Positions 30,180 through 40,879 are shown, numbered from the stretch's first letter. The stretch: DNA of 64,000 nt from an uncultured Acidobacteriota bacterium (GCA_963720545.1 OY970399.1:2400001-2464000), one strand, 5' to 3'. Made by a program: numbers and translations. Notes: generated by a model not told the origin, from the letters alone.

Positions 30180-30214
30180 TAGTCAGCAGTTACGTAACGT
30201 GGCATTATTCAGCT
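30180..30214 (+). promoter_or_regulatory. Putative promoter with palindromic operator for the PadR-permease pair
   Basis: TAGTCA-17 nt-CATTAT (with TGn extension). Perfect palindrome GTTACGTAAC at 30189-30198 in the spacer. Confidence 0.5.
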
Positions 30215-30541
30215 GTGCCGCCGCCGCCGAAGCTGCCGCAACCGAGCCACCTGCAGATCGCCGTGCTCGGCATCCTGTCCGGCGGGGAGTGCAAGGGCGC
30301 AGCGATCCGCGCCGAACTGGCGGCACTTTCGGTGCGCCACTCCGGGCCGGCCTTCTACCAGATGATGGCGCGGCTCGAAGACGCGGGCCTCGCCGAGGGC
30401 TGGTACGACCAGCGGTTGGTGGCGGGGCAGATGCTGAAGGAGCGCCGCTACCGCATCACGCCGGCGGGCAAGCGCGCGCTGCGCGCCGCCGAGGAATTCT
30501 ATGGGCGCCTGTTCCGCGCCCGCCGCGAGGCGCATGCCTGA
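30215..30541 (+). CDS. PadR family transcriptional regulator
   Basis: GPAFYQMMARLEDAGL...RRYRITPAGKRAL. GTG start at 30215. Confidence 0.85.
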   Translation: MPPPPKLPQPSHLQIAVLGILSGGECKGAAIRAELAALSVRHSGPAFYQMMARLEDAGLAEGWYDQRLVAGQMLKERRYRITPAGKRALRAAEEFYGRLFRARREAHA

Positions 30542-33263
30542 TTACGCGCGCCGGCTGCGCCGCCCGTTCTACTCGGGCCTCCTCGGCAGGGCGCGCCGCG
30601 AGCGCTGCTTCGAGCCGGCCTTTTCCGACCTCCTCGACGAGTCGCTCCCGGCCTACGCTGCGGCTGCCTCGCCGCTGCGGAGGCTGGCGCTGCGGCTGCG
30701 GTTCGAGGTCCTGGCCTTCTCGCTCTTCTGCCAGTCGGCCTTGCTGGAAGCGCCCGCCGTAAGCATCGTCGCCACCGCGCCCTCTGCCGGCGGTCCGCTC
30801 CTGGGCGCCCACGACCTCACGCAGGCGCTGCGCGGGCTGTTGCGCCGGCCGGGTTTCCTCGCTCTCGTGGTCGCCATCCTCGCCCTCAGCATCGGCGCCA
30901 ACACCGCCGTCTTCAGTGCCGTGCGCGCGGTCGCCTTCCGGCCACTGCCTTATCCGCAGGCCGACCGTCTGGTCCACATCTGGAGCACCTGGCCCGGCGG
31001 CTCGGGCAACATGTCGTTCCCCGACTACCGCGCCATCCTTGAAAACTCCCGCTCCTTCGAGACGGTGGGCGCCTATGAGACGTGGGGCACGGTATCGCTC
31101 ACCGGTGATCGCGACACCGCACCGGTGCCGCTGAAGCCGAGCTTCGTCACGCCGTCCTATTTCGAAATGCTGCAGCCGCCGCTCGTGGCCGGGCGGACAT
31201 TTCGCCCCGACGAGGACCTGAAGCCGGGCGGCCATCCGGTGGTGCTTCTCTCGCAGGCGCTGTGGACGCGGCAGTTCGGCGCCGACCCAGGCCTCGTGGG
31301 TCGCACCATCGTGCTGAACCGCGCCGCCTACACGGTGGTCGGCATCGTGGACCAGCGCTTTGCCGACCTGGCCGCGGCCGAGGTGCCGATGCCCGACCTG
31401 TGGCTGCCGACGTCGATGGCCGAGAGCCTCCTGGGCCAGGCGCCGCTCTCGAACGTCTACCGTATCTTCTGGGGGCTCGGGCGGCTGCGGCCTGGCGTGA
31501 GTGTGGCGCAGGCACAGGCCGATCTCGACGCCATCGCCGCGCGCCTCGCCGAGGAGCGCCCGCAGACCCACATGGGCTCGCACCTGCAGACCGTCCCGCT
31601 CGTGCAATACCTGCGCGGTCCATTTCGTTCGGCCACGCGGTTGCTCGCCGCCGGCGCGCTGCTGGTGCTGCTCATCGGCTGCGCCAACGTCGCGAACCTG
31701 CTGCTGCTGCGCACCGCCGACCGGCGCGCGGAGTTCGCGATCCGCCGCAGCCTCGGCGCTTCGGACGGCGCCTTGTTCCGCCAGCTGCTCGCCGAGGCGC
31801 TGTGGTTCGCGGCGCTCGGCGGCGTGCTCGGGGCCCTGCTCGCGTTCGGCGCCACCACGGTGCTGCGCGCCTGGGTGCAGCAGCACGTCTCGGCGTACCT
31901 CGACGTGGCGCTCGATCGCAGCGCGCTTGCGGCGGCCTTGTTGCTCAGCCTGCTCACCGCCGCCGTCTTCGGCGTGGCGCCGGCGCTCGCCGCGCGGCGC
32001 GCGCGCATGCGCGAGGACGCGGTGGGCCGCGGTGCCGTTGGCGGCGGACAGCGGCTGCGGCGCGCCCTGGTTTGCGCCGAGGTCGCGTTCGCGGCGCTGC
32101 TCCTGGTGGGCGCCGGGCTGATGCTGCGCAGCTTCCGCGAAATGACCGGCTCGGGCCTCGGCTTTGCGACCGGCAACCTGCTCACGTTTCGCCTCGAGTT
32201 GACGACCGAGCGCTACCGCGAGGAAGCCGCGCGCGCGCGCTTCGCGGAAGCGCTGCAGGAGAAGTTCGCGAGCGTCCCGGGCATAGCCACGACGACTCTT
32301 TGGGGGCCGAGCCTGCTCGGCCGCGCCACCTGGATCATCATGCTGTCGCCGTTCGAACGCAGCGGCGAGCGGCCGGAAGACTTCGTGATGATCTTCCGCC
32401 ACAGCGTCAATCCCGGCGCCCTCGGCAACCTCGGGATACGCATCGTGAGGGGCCGCGACCTGAGCGCCGACGACCGCGCCGGCAGCCCGCTGGTGGCGGT
32501 GGTGAGCGAGAGCGTTGCTGCCGAACTGTGGCCGGGGCAGGACCCCGTGGGCCGGCAGGTGAAACGGCAGCTGCGCGACCTGCCGCCGATCACCGTCGTC
32601 GGTGTCGCCGCCGATGCGCGGCAGCGCGAGCGCTACAGCCTCGCCGACATCGCCCAGGGCTTTCCGCCCGGCGGCAGCGGCCCGCAGCGCGATATCTACT
32701 TTCCCTATGCCCAGCGCCCCAATGTGAGCCTGACGGCGGCGCTGCGCACGCAACTGCCGCCAGCCGCGCTGGTGGCACCGCTGCGCGCCGCGGTGCGCTC
32801 GCTCGACCCCGACCTGCCGCTGGCCGATATCGCGGCGCTCGACGAGCGGCTGGCCGCGCAAGACGTCGCCCCGCGCTCACTCGCGACGCTGCTCGGCGCC
32901 TACGCCGCGGTCGCCGTGCTGCTCGCCGCGCTCGGCATCTATGGCGTGCTCGCGCATTCGGTGACGCGCCGCCGCCGCGAGATCGGCGTGCGCATGTCGC
33001 TCGGCGCCGATGCGCGCGCGATCTTCGCCATGGTCCTGCGCGAAGGCCTCGGCATCACGGCGGCCGGCCTCGTGCTCGGCCTCGGCACAGCACTCGGCGC
33101 CACCCGCATGATGCGCTCGCTGCTGTTCGAGGTGTCGCACCTCGACCCGGCCACCTTCGCGTCGGTCGGCGCCTTGCTGGTGGTGATCGCGGCGCTCGCG
33201 GTCATCGGCCCGGCGCGGCGCGCGAGCAGCATCGACCCGCAGGCGGCGCTCCGCTCCGAGTAA
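30534..33263 (+). CDS. Duplicated MacB/FtsX-type ABC permease (ADOP family)
   Basis: LALSIGANTAVFS, LIGCANVANLLL, RRREIGVRMSLGA, DPQAALRSE. No ATPase gene adjacent. Confidence 0.9.
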   Translation: MPDYARRLRRPFYSGLLGRARRERCFEPAFSDLLDESLPAYAAAASPLRRLALRLRFEVLAFSLFCQSALLEAPAVSIVATAPSAGGPLLGAHDLTQALRGLLRRPGFLALVVAILALSIGANTAVFSAVRAVAFRPLPYPQADRLVHIWSTWPGGSGNMSFPDYRAILENSRSFETVGAYETWGTVSLTGDRDTAPVPLKPSFVTPSYFEMLQPPLVAGRTFRPDEDLKPGGHPVVLLSQALWTRQFGADPGLVGRTIVLNRAAYTVVGIVDQRFADLAAAEVPMPDLWLPTSMAESLLGQAPLSNVYRIFWGLGRLRPGVSVAQAQADLDAIAARLAEERPQTHMGSHLQTVPLVQYLRGPFRSATRLLAAGALLVLLIGCANVANLLLLRTADRRAEFAIRRSLGASDGALFRQLLAEALWFAALGGVLGALLAFGATTVLRAWVQQHVSAYLDVALDRSALAAALLLSLLTAAVFGVAPALAARRARMREDAVGRGAVGGGQRLRRALVCAEVAFAALLLVGAGLMLRSFREMTGSGLGFATGNLLTFRLELTTERYREEAARARFAEALQEKFASVPGIATTTLWGPSLLGRATWIIMLSPFERSGERPEDFVMIFRHSVNPGALGNLGIRIVRGRDLSADDRAGSPLVAVVSESVAAELWPGQDPVGRQVKRQLRDLPPITVVGVAADARQRERYSLADIAQGFPPGGSGPQRDIYFPYAQRPNVSLTAALRTQLPPAALVAPLRAAVRSLDPDLPLADIAALDERLAAQDVAPRSLATLLGAYAAVAVLLAALGIYGVLAHSVTRRRREIGVRMSLGADARAIFAMVLREGLGITAAGLVLGLGTALGATRMMRSLLFEVSHLDPATFASVGALLVVIAALAVIGPARRASSIDPQAALRSE

Positions 33264-33319
33264 CCGAGCCGCTTCCGGCCGGCGGTTTGCCGGAACGGGA
33301 CGGTAGACTCTTACCGACC

Positions 33320-35506
33320 GTGACCTGGAATCCCGCCCTCTGGTCGTCCCGCGTGCCCCGCGACTGGCGCATCCAGAAGCCCAACCACTACCTCGAGATG
33401 GCGCGCATTGCCTGGGAGAACGCCGACCAGCTGCCGTTCGCCTGGCGCATCCTGACGCGCGGCACCTGCGACGGCTGCGCGCTCGGCACCACCGGCCTGC
33501 GCGACTGGACGCTCGAGGGCATTCACCTGTGCATGGTGCGGCTCGAGCTGCTGCGGCTCAACACCGCCCCGGCGCTCGAGGTGGAGCGGCTCGCCGACCT
33601 GGCGCCGCTGCTTTCCATGAGCTCGAAGGAACTGCGCGCGCTCGGCCGGCTGCCCGAACCGATGGTGCGCCGCCGCGGCGACCAGGGCTTCCGCGTCATC
33701 GGCTGGGACGAGGCTTATGACCTCGCCGCGCAGCAGATCCGGGCCACGCGCCCCGACCGTTTCGCCGTCTACCTGACCTCGCGCGGCATCATGAACGAGC
33801 ACTACTACGCCGCGCAGAAGGCGGCGCGTGCGATGGGCACCAACCACGTCGACAACTCGGCGCGGCTTTGCCACGCGGCCTCCACCGTCGCCATGAAGCG
33901 CACGCTCGGGTTCGGCGCCACCACCTGTTCCTACAGCGACTGGCTGGGCACCGACCTCATCGTCTTCTTCGGCGCGAACACGCCCAACAACCAGCCGGTC
34001 ACCATGAAGTACCTGTACCTCGCCAAGCAGGGCGGCACGCGCGTCGCGGTGGTGAACCCGTACCGCGAACCCGGCCTGCGCAACTACTGGGTGCCGTCGG
34101 TCCCCGAGTCGGCGATGTTCGGCACCAGGTTCGCGGACGACTGGTTCGCCGTGGACACCGGCGGCGACCAGGCGTTCCTCACCGGCGTCTTCAGGATCCT
34201 GGCGAGCGAAGGCTGGATCGACCGCGAGTTCGTCGCTCGCAACACGCGCGGCTTCGAGGCGGCCCAGCGCCACGCCGAGTCCCTCGACATGGCGCAGCTC
34301 GAGGCGCAGAGCGGCGCCTCGCGCGCGGAAATGCTGCGTTTCGCGCAGCTGCTGCGCGACGCGAAAAATGCGGTGTTCGTCTGGTCCATGGGGCTGACGC
34401 AGCACGTGCACGGCGTCGAGACGATCGAGGCGCTCATGAACGTTGGCCTGGCGCGCGGCTACCTCGGCCGCGAGAAGGTCGGCATGATGCCGATCCGCGG
34501 CCACTCGGGAGTGCAGGGCGGTGCCGAGGTCGGCTGCGTGCCGTCGCTCGACACGCTGCAGCGCGGGCGTTTCGAGAGCGAGTGGGGGTTTGCGCTGCCC
34601 ACCTTCCCGGGGGTCACCGCGGCCGAGATGGTGGACCTTGCCTATCGCGGCGGCCTCGACGCCTTCTGGATCACCGGCGGCAACTTCCTCGAGACGCTGC
34701 CCGACCCGACCGCGGTGGCCGCGGCGCTCGGCAACGTCGCGACCCGCATCCACCAGGACATCGTGCTCACGTCGATGATGCTGATCGCACCGCGCGACAC
34801 GGTGCTGCTGTTTCCGGCCACCACCCGCTACGAATCGCCCGGCGGCGGCACCGAGACCTCCACCGAGCGCCGCATCATTTTTTCGCCTGAGGTCGCTGGC
34901 CGGCGCATCGGCTCGGCGAAGGCCGAGTGGGAGGTGTTCGGCGAGGTGGCGGCGCGGGTGCGGCCGGAGCTCGCAGCCTCCGTGCGCTTCGCGAGCTCGC
35001 AGGCGATCCGCGACGAGATCTCGCGGGCGGTGCCGCTCTACGCCGGCATCGAGAAACTCGGCGGGCAGGGCGACCAGTTCCAGTGGGGCGGTCCGCGCCT
35101 GTTCAGCGACGGCCGTTTCGCAACGGTCGACGGCAAGGCGCACTTCACGGTCGCGAAGCTGCACCAAAGCGGCACCCGCGCGGGCGAGTTCCGCGTCTCC
35201 ACCCGCCGCGGCAAGCAGTTCAACTCGATGGTGCAGCATGACAAGGATCCGCTGACCGGCGCGCTGCGCGAGGACGTCCTGATGTCGGCGGAGGACGCGG
35301 CGCGGCTCGGCACTCCCGACGGGTCGAGGATCCGCCTGGTGTCGCGCAGCGGCTCGTTCGCGGGCCGGGTGCGCATCGACGAAATCAAGCCCGGCAACCT
35401 GGCCGTCCACTGGCCCGAGGGCAACGTGCTGCTGTCCCGCGAGGAAATCGACCAGGCCTCGCACGAACCCGATTACAACGCCTCGTGCCGCGTCGAGAAG
35501 GTCTAG
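33320..35506 (+). CDS. FdhF/YdeP family molybdopterin oxidoreductase
   Basis: CDGCALG, NHVDNSARLCH (Cys, not Sec), WSMGLTQH, PIRGHSGVQGG, and a C-terminal molybdopterin-binding domain (STRRGKQFNS). Confidence 0.88.
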   Translation: MTWNPALWSSRVPRDWRIQKPNHYLEMARIAWENADQLPFAWRILTRGTCDGCALGTTGLRDWTLEGIHLCMVRLELLRLNTAPALEVERLADLAPLLSMSSKELRALGRLPEPMVRRRGDQGFRVIGWDEAYDLAAQQIRATRPDRFAVYLTSRGIMNEHYYAAQKAARAMGTNHVDNSARLCHAASTVAMKRTLGFGATTCSYSDWLGTDLIVFFGANTPNNQPVTMKYLYLAKQGGTRVAVVNPYREPGLRNYWVPSVPESAMFGTRFADDWFAVDTGGDQAFLTGVFRILASEGWIDREFVARNTRGFEAAQRHAESLDMAQLEAQSGASRAEMLRFAQLLRDAKNAVFVWSMGLTQHVHGVETIEALMNVGLARGYLGREKVGMMPIRGHSGVQGGAEVGCVPSLDTLQRGRFESEWGFALPTFPGVTAAEMVDLAYRGGLDAFWITGGNFLETLPDPTAVAAALGNVATRIHQDIVLTSMMLIAPRDTVLLFPATTRYESPGGGTETSTERRIIFSPEVAGRRIGSAKAEWEVFGEVAARVRPELAASVRFASSQAIRDEISRAVPLYAGIEKLGGQGDQFQWGGPRLFSDGRFATVDGKAHFTVAKLHQSGTRAGEFRVSTRRGKQFNSMVQHDKDPLTGALREDVLMSAEDAARLGTPDGSRIRLVSRSGSFAGRVRIDEIKPGNLAVHWPEGNVLLSREEIDQASHEPDYNASCRVEKV

Positions 35507-35516
35507 GATATCGAGG

Positions 35517-35864
35517 ATGAGACTGATAGCGACGCTCCTCGCCAACGCGCTCGGCCTGCTGGCCACCGCCTACTTCGTCCCCGGCATCAGCTTCACCGGC
35601 GACTACGTGCAGCTCGGCATCGCGGCGCTGATCCTGGCGCTCTTCAACATGATCGTCCGGCCCATCGCCATGCTGCTGTCGCTGCCGTTCATCATCCTGA
35701 CGCTCGGCCTCTTCTACTTCGTGGTGAACGGCATCCTGCTGTGGGCCGTTTCGCTGTTCATTTCCGGCTACACGGTGCAAGGCGTCATCCCGGCCGGGAT
35801 CCTGGGCGCGCTGGTGCTCGGCATCGTGAACTGGCTCGTGCACGCCTTCGTCGGCAAGAAATAA
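35517..35864 (+). CDS. 4-TM phage-holin-like membrane protein (YvlD family)
   Basis: NMIVRPIAMLLSLPFIILTLGLFYFVVNG signature. Confidence 0.85.
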   Translation: MRLIATLLANALGLLATAYFVPGISFTGDYVQLGIAALILALFNMIVRPIAMLLSLPFIILTLGLFYFVVNGILLWAVSLFISGYTVQGVIPAGILGALVLGIVNWLVHAFVGKK

Positions 35865-35881
35865 CAATTCAGGGAGGACAC

Positions 35882-36439
35882 ATGAACCGCGCAACTCTCT
35901 TGCTGGCCCTGGTTTTTGGGGCAGCGACCGCAGCGTCCACGGCCTCGGCGGCGCAGGCACCGGCCATGCCCAAGCCCGGTCCCGAGCACGAGCGGCTCAA
36001 GGCCGACGTTGGCACCTGGGACGCCGTCGTCGAGATGGCCGCGGCGCCGAACGCGCCCATGAGCACCTCGAAGGGCCTCGAAAAGAACACGCTGATCGGC
36101 GGCATGTGGCTCATCACCGATTTCGAGACCGACATGGGCGGCACGCCGTTCCGCGGCCACGGCATCACGGGCTGGGACCCGGCGAAAAAGAAGTACGTCG
36201 GCAGCTGGGTCGACACCATGGCGGCGTCGATCGGCATGGGCGAGTCGACGTGGGATCCCGCGACCAAGACGCTCAGCGGCTCGTTCGTCGGCGCCGACGG
36301 CACCGGCGGTTCCATGACCATGAAACAGTCGGTCGTCTACAGCGACAACGACAACACCCGCGTCTTCACCATGTCGGCGCCCGGTGCGGACGGCAAGGAG
36401 GCGGTGCTGCTGCGGATCACGTACAAGCGCCGCCCGTAG
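35882..36439 (+). CDS. DUF1579-like exported protein
   Basis: GGAGG ribosome-binding site, signal peptide, PKPGPEHERL..VGTW, GWDPAKKKYVGSWVDTM. Confidence 0.75.
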   Translation: MNRATLLLALVFGAATAASTASAAQAPAMPKPGPEHERLKADVGTWDAVVEMAAAPNAPMSTSKGLEKNTLIGGMWLITDFETDMGGTPFRGHGITGWDPAKKKYVGSWVDTMAASIGMGESTWDPATKTLSGSFVGADGTGGSMTMKQSVVYSDNDNTRVFTMSAPGADGKEAVLLRITYKRRP

Positions 36440-36469
36440 CGCGCCGCGCCTGAGCCCGCGCGCGGCTTC

Positions 36470-37468
<999 letters not shown>

Positions 37469-37576
37469 ACCGGCGATCTCCTTGTGGGTGAACGGCTTCG
37501 AGCGGTTTTGCGCTTTGAGAAACGGCGCGGAGCGGCCATCATAGGCGACGCCGAGGCCGCTAATCAATGAAGACCA

Positions 37577-37604
37577 GGAACCTCCGGGCGGTCGCGCGCG
37601 TCAA
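37577..37604 (+). promoter_or_regulatory. Putative ECF sigma promoter
   Basis: GGAAC-17 nt-CGTCAA about 40 nt upstream of the first gene of the ECF operon. Confidence 0.6.
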
Positions 37605-37643
37605 CAGGGTGCACGACAGGGTGCCCTTGGGAGAGAACCGGAC

Positions 37644-38072
37644 ATGAAGCTGCCGCGGATCCAAGCAGTCGCCGTCATCGCTGCCGCCGCCCTCGCATCG
37701 AGCGGTTGCCTCATCAGGGTCGAGCACGTCGCGAACGCGGACGGCGCCTTCCGCGCGGCGTTCGCCGAGGCGGATCAATACACGGGACACGGCGGCCGGC
37801 CGAGCGAGCTGAACGTGCTCGTCTACGACTCGAAGGACGGGGAGATGGTGCGGGTGAGCGTGCCCATCTGGCTCGCCAACAAGTTCGTGCGCCACGCCCA
37901 TTCCGGCAGCCTCGAATGGGAGTCGAGCGGCGACGAGCACGGCGACCGGGTGGCGCGCGCGCTGCGGCGCAGCCTGCGCGACGGCCAGCTGAGCGACTTG
38001 TCGGCCCTCCCCAGGGGTGTGGTCGCGTCGGTCGAGTCCGACGAGGAACGCGTCCTCGTCTGGATGAAGTAG
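37644..38072 (+). CDS. Putative lipoprotein, uncharacterised domain (copy 1)
   Basis: Signal peptide with lipobox-like ASSGC. C-terminus VASVESDEERVLVWMK. Confidence 0.7.
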   Translation: MKLPRIQAVAVIAAAALASSGCLIRVEHVANADGAFRAAFAEADQYTGHGGRPSELNVLVYDSKDGEMVRVSVPIWLANKFVRHAHSGSLEWESSGDEHGDRVARALRRSLRDGQLSDLSALPRGVVASVESDEERVLVWMK

Positions 38073-38089
38073 GCGCGCGCCGCGGTTGC

Positions 38090-38674
38090 GTGGAGCCCAC
38101 CGAAACCAATGCCGGCAATGACGACGACAAAGTGCTCATGGCGCGCCTTGCGCGCGGCGACCAGGACGCGCTCGCGCCGCTCATGGAGCGCCACCACCGG
38201 CGCATCTACCGGCTCTGCATGTCCTACCTGCGCTGCCACGACGATGCGCAGGACGCCGCGCAGGAGACTTTCGTGAAGGCGTTCCAGAATGCCGCACGCT
38301 TCCCGATGACCCACGAACCGGGACGCTGGCTGAGCCGCATCGCCATCAACCAGTCGATCGACCAGTATCGGCGCGGCCAGCGGCGCGGCCGCCACGAGGC
38401 GCCGCTCGCGGAGCAGGATTACGACCCGCGCCAGGCCACGGGCGAGCCGACGCCCGAACACCGCCTGCTCGGCGCGCAGATCGGCGGGCGCATCGACATC
38501 GCCCTGCGCACGCTGCCCGAGAAGCAGCGCGCCATCTTCGTGCTGCGCCACTACGAGGGCCTGACCCTCGAGGAGATCGCCGCCACGCTGCAGATCAGCC
38601 TCGGCACGGTGAAGAGCAGCCTGCACCGCGCCTTGCACCACCTGCGCGGCCGGCTCGAGGGGCTGCGCGCATGA
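38090..38674 (+). CDS. ECF RNA polymerase sigma factor
   Basis: DAQDAAQETFVKA, WLSRIAIN, LPEKQRAIFVLRHYEGLTLEEIA...GTVKSSLHRA. Probable GTG start. Confidence 0.92.
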   Translation: MEPTETNAGNDDDKVLMARLARGDQDALAPLMERHHRRIYRLCMSYLRCHDDAQDAAQETFVKAFQNAARFPMTHEPGRWLSRIAINQSIDQYRRGQRRGRHEAPLAEQDYDPRQATGEPTPEHRLLGAQIGGRIDIALRTLPEKQRAIFVLRHYEGLTLEEIAATLQISLGTVKSSLHRALHHLRGRLEGLRA

Positions 38675-39471
38675 AGATGCCGATCCCGATCGACCTGTTG
38701 CACGAACGCGAACGCCAGCGCGTCAGCCTGCTCGCCGCAGGCGCGCTCGATCACGACGTCGCCGCGGCCGAAGCGGCGCACCGCCACCTCGCGGGCTGCG
38801 CCGAGTGCCGCGCCGACCTCGAGTCGCTGCGCGCCATGCTGCAGGCGATGCCGGCCGTGCAGGTCGAAGTCGAGGCGCCGCTGGCGCCGCTCGTGGCCGA
38901 CGTGCGCAGCCGCATCGCGGCGCGGAAGGCGCCGGCTGCGGCGAGCGGCCTGCCGTGGCGCGCGATCCTGGTGCCGGTCGCCGCCGCCGCCGTGCTCGCA
39001 GCCTGGCTGGTGGTGCCGCCGCTCGTGCGGCGCGTGCAGCAGCCCGAGTTCGCGGCAACGCCGGCGCCGGCGGCGCAGCCCCGGCAGATCGTGCTCTCGG
39101 CAGATTCCATGGAGCGGCTCGAGCGCAACCTCAGCCGCGAGCACGCGGCGCGGTACCTGAGCGAGGCCCAGGACCTGCTCGTGACCGTGGCCGAGACGCT
39201 GCCGCGCTGCACGCGCAAGGGCCACGTGGACGTTGGCGACGAGGCGGCGCGCAGCCGCGCGCTGCTGCGCAGCCGCGCCTTCCTCGTCGACGACTCCGAG
39301 GCGCTCGCGAGCGTGCGTCCGGTGCTCGACGACGTGGACAACTTGCTGCGCGAGGTGGCGGCGCTCGACCCGTGCGCGCGCCGCTCGCAGATCGAGTCGA
39401 TCAGCGCCGCGCTCACCAGCCGGCGGCTGCTGATGAAGATGGACCTCATGGCCCGCGAGCTCGACGGATGA
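38671..39471 (+). CDS. Zinc-binding (zf-HC2) transmembrane anti-sigma factor
   Basis: HLAGCAEC (HxxxCxxC), single TM helix, helical extracytoplasmic domain. ATGA-coupled to the sigma gene. Confidence 0.82.
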   Translation: MKMPIPIDLLHERERQRVSLLAAGALDHDVAAAEAAHRHLAGCAECRADLESLRAMLQAMPAVQVEVEAPLAPLVADVRSRIAARKAPAAASGLPWRAILVPVAAAAVLAAWLVVPPLVRRVQQPEFAATPAPAAQPRQIVLSADSMERLERNLSREHAARYLSEAQDLLVTVAETLPRCTRKGHVDVGDEAARSRALLRSRAFLVDDSEALASVRPVLDDVDNLLREVAALDPCARRSQIESISAALTSRRLLMKMDLMARELDG

Positions 39472-40304
39472 CGATGCAAGCCCTGCGCCGCGCGCTCGCG
39501 GCCTTCTGCGTCGCAGCCTGCGTGGCAACCGTCTTGTCGCGCCCGGCCGTGGCCCAGGGTGGCGATGCCGCGACTGCCGCGAAGGCCCTGTACTTCGACC
39601 GCAAGTACGATGCCGCGCGCCAGGCATGGAGCGCGGTTGCCCGCGGCACCGGCAGCGAAGGCATCACCGCGCTCTACTGGGTCGCGCAGTGCAGCGAAAA
39701 GCTGGGTGACGACGAGCGCGCGCTCGGCGAGTACCTCAAGTACATCCAGAAGCGGCCGGCAGGACAGCTCTCGGAAGACGCGCGCACCAGCCGGGTGCGC
39801 ATCGCGACGCGGCTGGTGAAAGCCGGCAAGGAACAGCACATGGCGCTGCTCACCCAGGGCCTTGCCGATTCCAACCGCACGGTGCGCTACTACTCGGCGC
39901 TGCAGATGTGCAGCCTCGGCGCGCCGAAAGGCAGCCCGGCAATCGGCGCGCTGCAGGCGCTGGTGCGCGACGAGCGCGATTCCGACCTCGTGGAGCGCGC
40001 CCAGCTGTGCCTGGTGAAGCTTGGTGCTGCGAGCCAGGCGCGCAGCAGCGCGCCGCAGGGCGAAGCCGGCCGCTGGTTCCGCGTCGAGGTGGTGCGCGCC
40101 GGCAAGAAGGAGGTTTCGGTGAGCATGCCGCTCGGGCTCGCCGACCTGGTGCTGAAGAGCCTGCCCGAGGACGCGCTCGTCGAACTGCGCAAGAAGGGAT
40201 TCAACACCGAGAACTTCATGGGCAATCTCAAGAACTATTCCGGCGGCCCGCTCGTCGACATCGTGGGCGATGACGGCGAACGGATTCGCATCTGGATCGA
40301 ATAG
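39468..40304 (+). CDS. Exported TPR/HEAT protein with C-terminal uncharacterised domain (copy 2)
   Basis: Signal peptide (AVA-Q), TPR-like ALYWVAQC, HEAT-like repeats, ends LVDIVGDDGERIRIWIE. Confidence 0.72.
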   Translation: MTMQALRRALAAFCVAACVATVLSRPAVAQGGDAATAAKALYFDRKYDAARQAWSAVARGTGSEGITALYWVAQCSEKLGDDERALGEYLKYIQKRPAGQLSEDARTSRVRIATRLVKAGKEQHMALLTQGLADSNRTVRYYSALQMCSLGAPKGSPAIGALQALVRDERDSDLVERAQLCLVKLGAASQARSSAPQGEAGRWFRVEVVRAGKKEVSVSMPLGLADLVLKSLPEDALVELRKKGFNTENFMGNLKNYSGGPLVDIVGDDGERIRIWIE

Positions 40305-40314
40305 GAGAATGAAG

Positions 40315-40776
40315 ATGATGAACGGCAAGAGTGGAATTTCATGGGCTATCGCCGCCACGCTGGCAATCGGCGTGGGCGCTGCGATCGCGTTCGCGGCCGA
40401 CGACGATCTCGACGTGGTGAAGAAGGCGGTCGCGTCCAACGCGGCGCAGGCGAGCGCGGCACCGTCGCAGTCCGCGGCGCCCGCAGCGCGCCCCGCCGCC
40501 AAGGCCAGGTCCGAGGCACAGTGGTTCAAGGTGCGCGTCAGCGAGCGCGAGAACAACCGGAAGGTGACGATCAACCTGCCGCTCAGCCTGGTGCGCGCGC
40601 TCGGCGACGAGCTGCCGATCGATATCGGTTGCGACCACGACCGCGACCATGACCGCGGGCGCCGCCTGCTGCCATGCGGCATCAGCCTCGCGAAGGTGCT
40701 CGCCGAACTCGATGCCGGGCAGAGCCTCGTCGAAATCGACAGCGACGAAGAGACCGTCCGCGTCTGGATCGAGTAA
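40315..40776 (+). CDS. Exported protein with uncharacterised domain (copy 3)
   Basis: AGGAG ribosome-binding site, signal peptide (AFA-A), ends LVEIDSDEETVRVWIE. Confidence 0.72.
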   Translation: MMNGKSGISWAIAATLAIGVGAAIAFAADDDLDVVKKAVASNAAQASAAPSQSAAPAARPAAKARSEAQWFKVRVSERENNRKVTINLPLSLVRALGDELPIDIGCDHDRDHDRGRRLLPCGISLAKVLAELDAGQSLVEIDSDEETVRVWIE

Positions 40777-40835
40777 GGGGCGCCAGGCAGCCGTTGTCCT
40801 GAACGGGCGACGGTGCCGGGGCCGCACCATCCTCG

Positions 40836-40879
40836 TAAGTCATTGATCCATAAGGCGGCGATCTGGAACGCCGCTTGCA
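40836..40879 (+). promoter_or_regulatory. Sigma54 (-24/-12) promoter with upstream IHF-like site
   Basis: TGGAACGCCGCTTGCA at 40864-40879 (GG-N10-GC). ATCAA-TGAC-TTA on the minus strand at 40836-40847. Confidence 0.7.

Noticed and set aside
33320..35506. Selenocysteine formate dehydrogenase
   Set aside because: The ligand codon is Cys (ARLCH) and there is no in-frame TGA.
35517..35864. Prophage lysis gene
   Set aside because: YvlD-type holin-like proteins are common chromosomal membrane proteins, and no phage genes are nearby.
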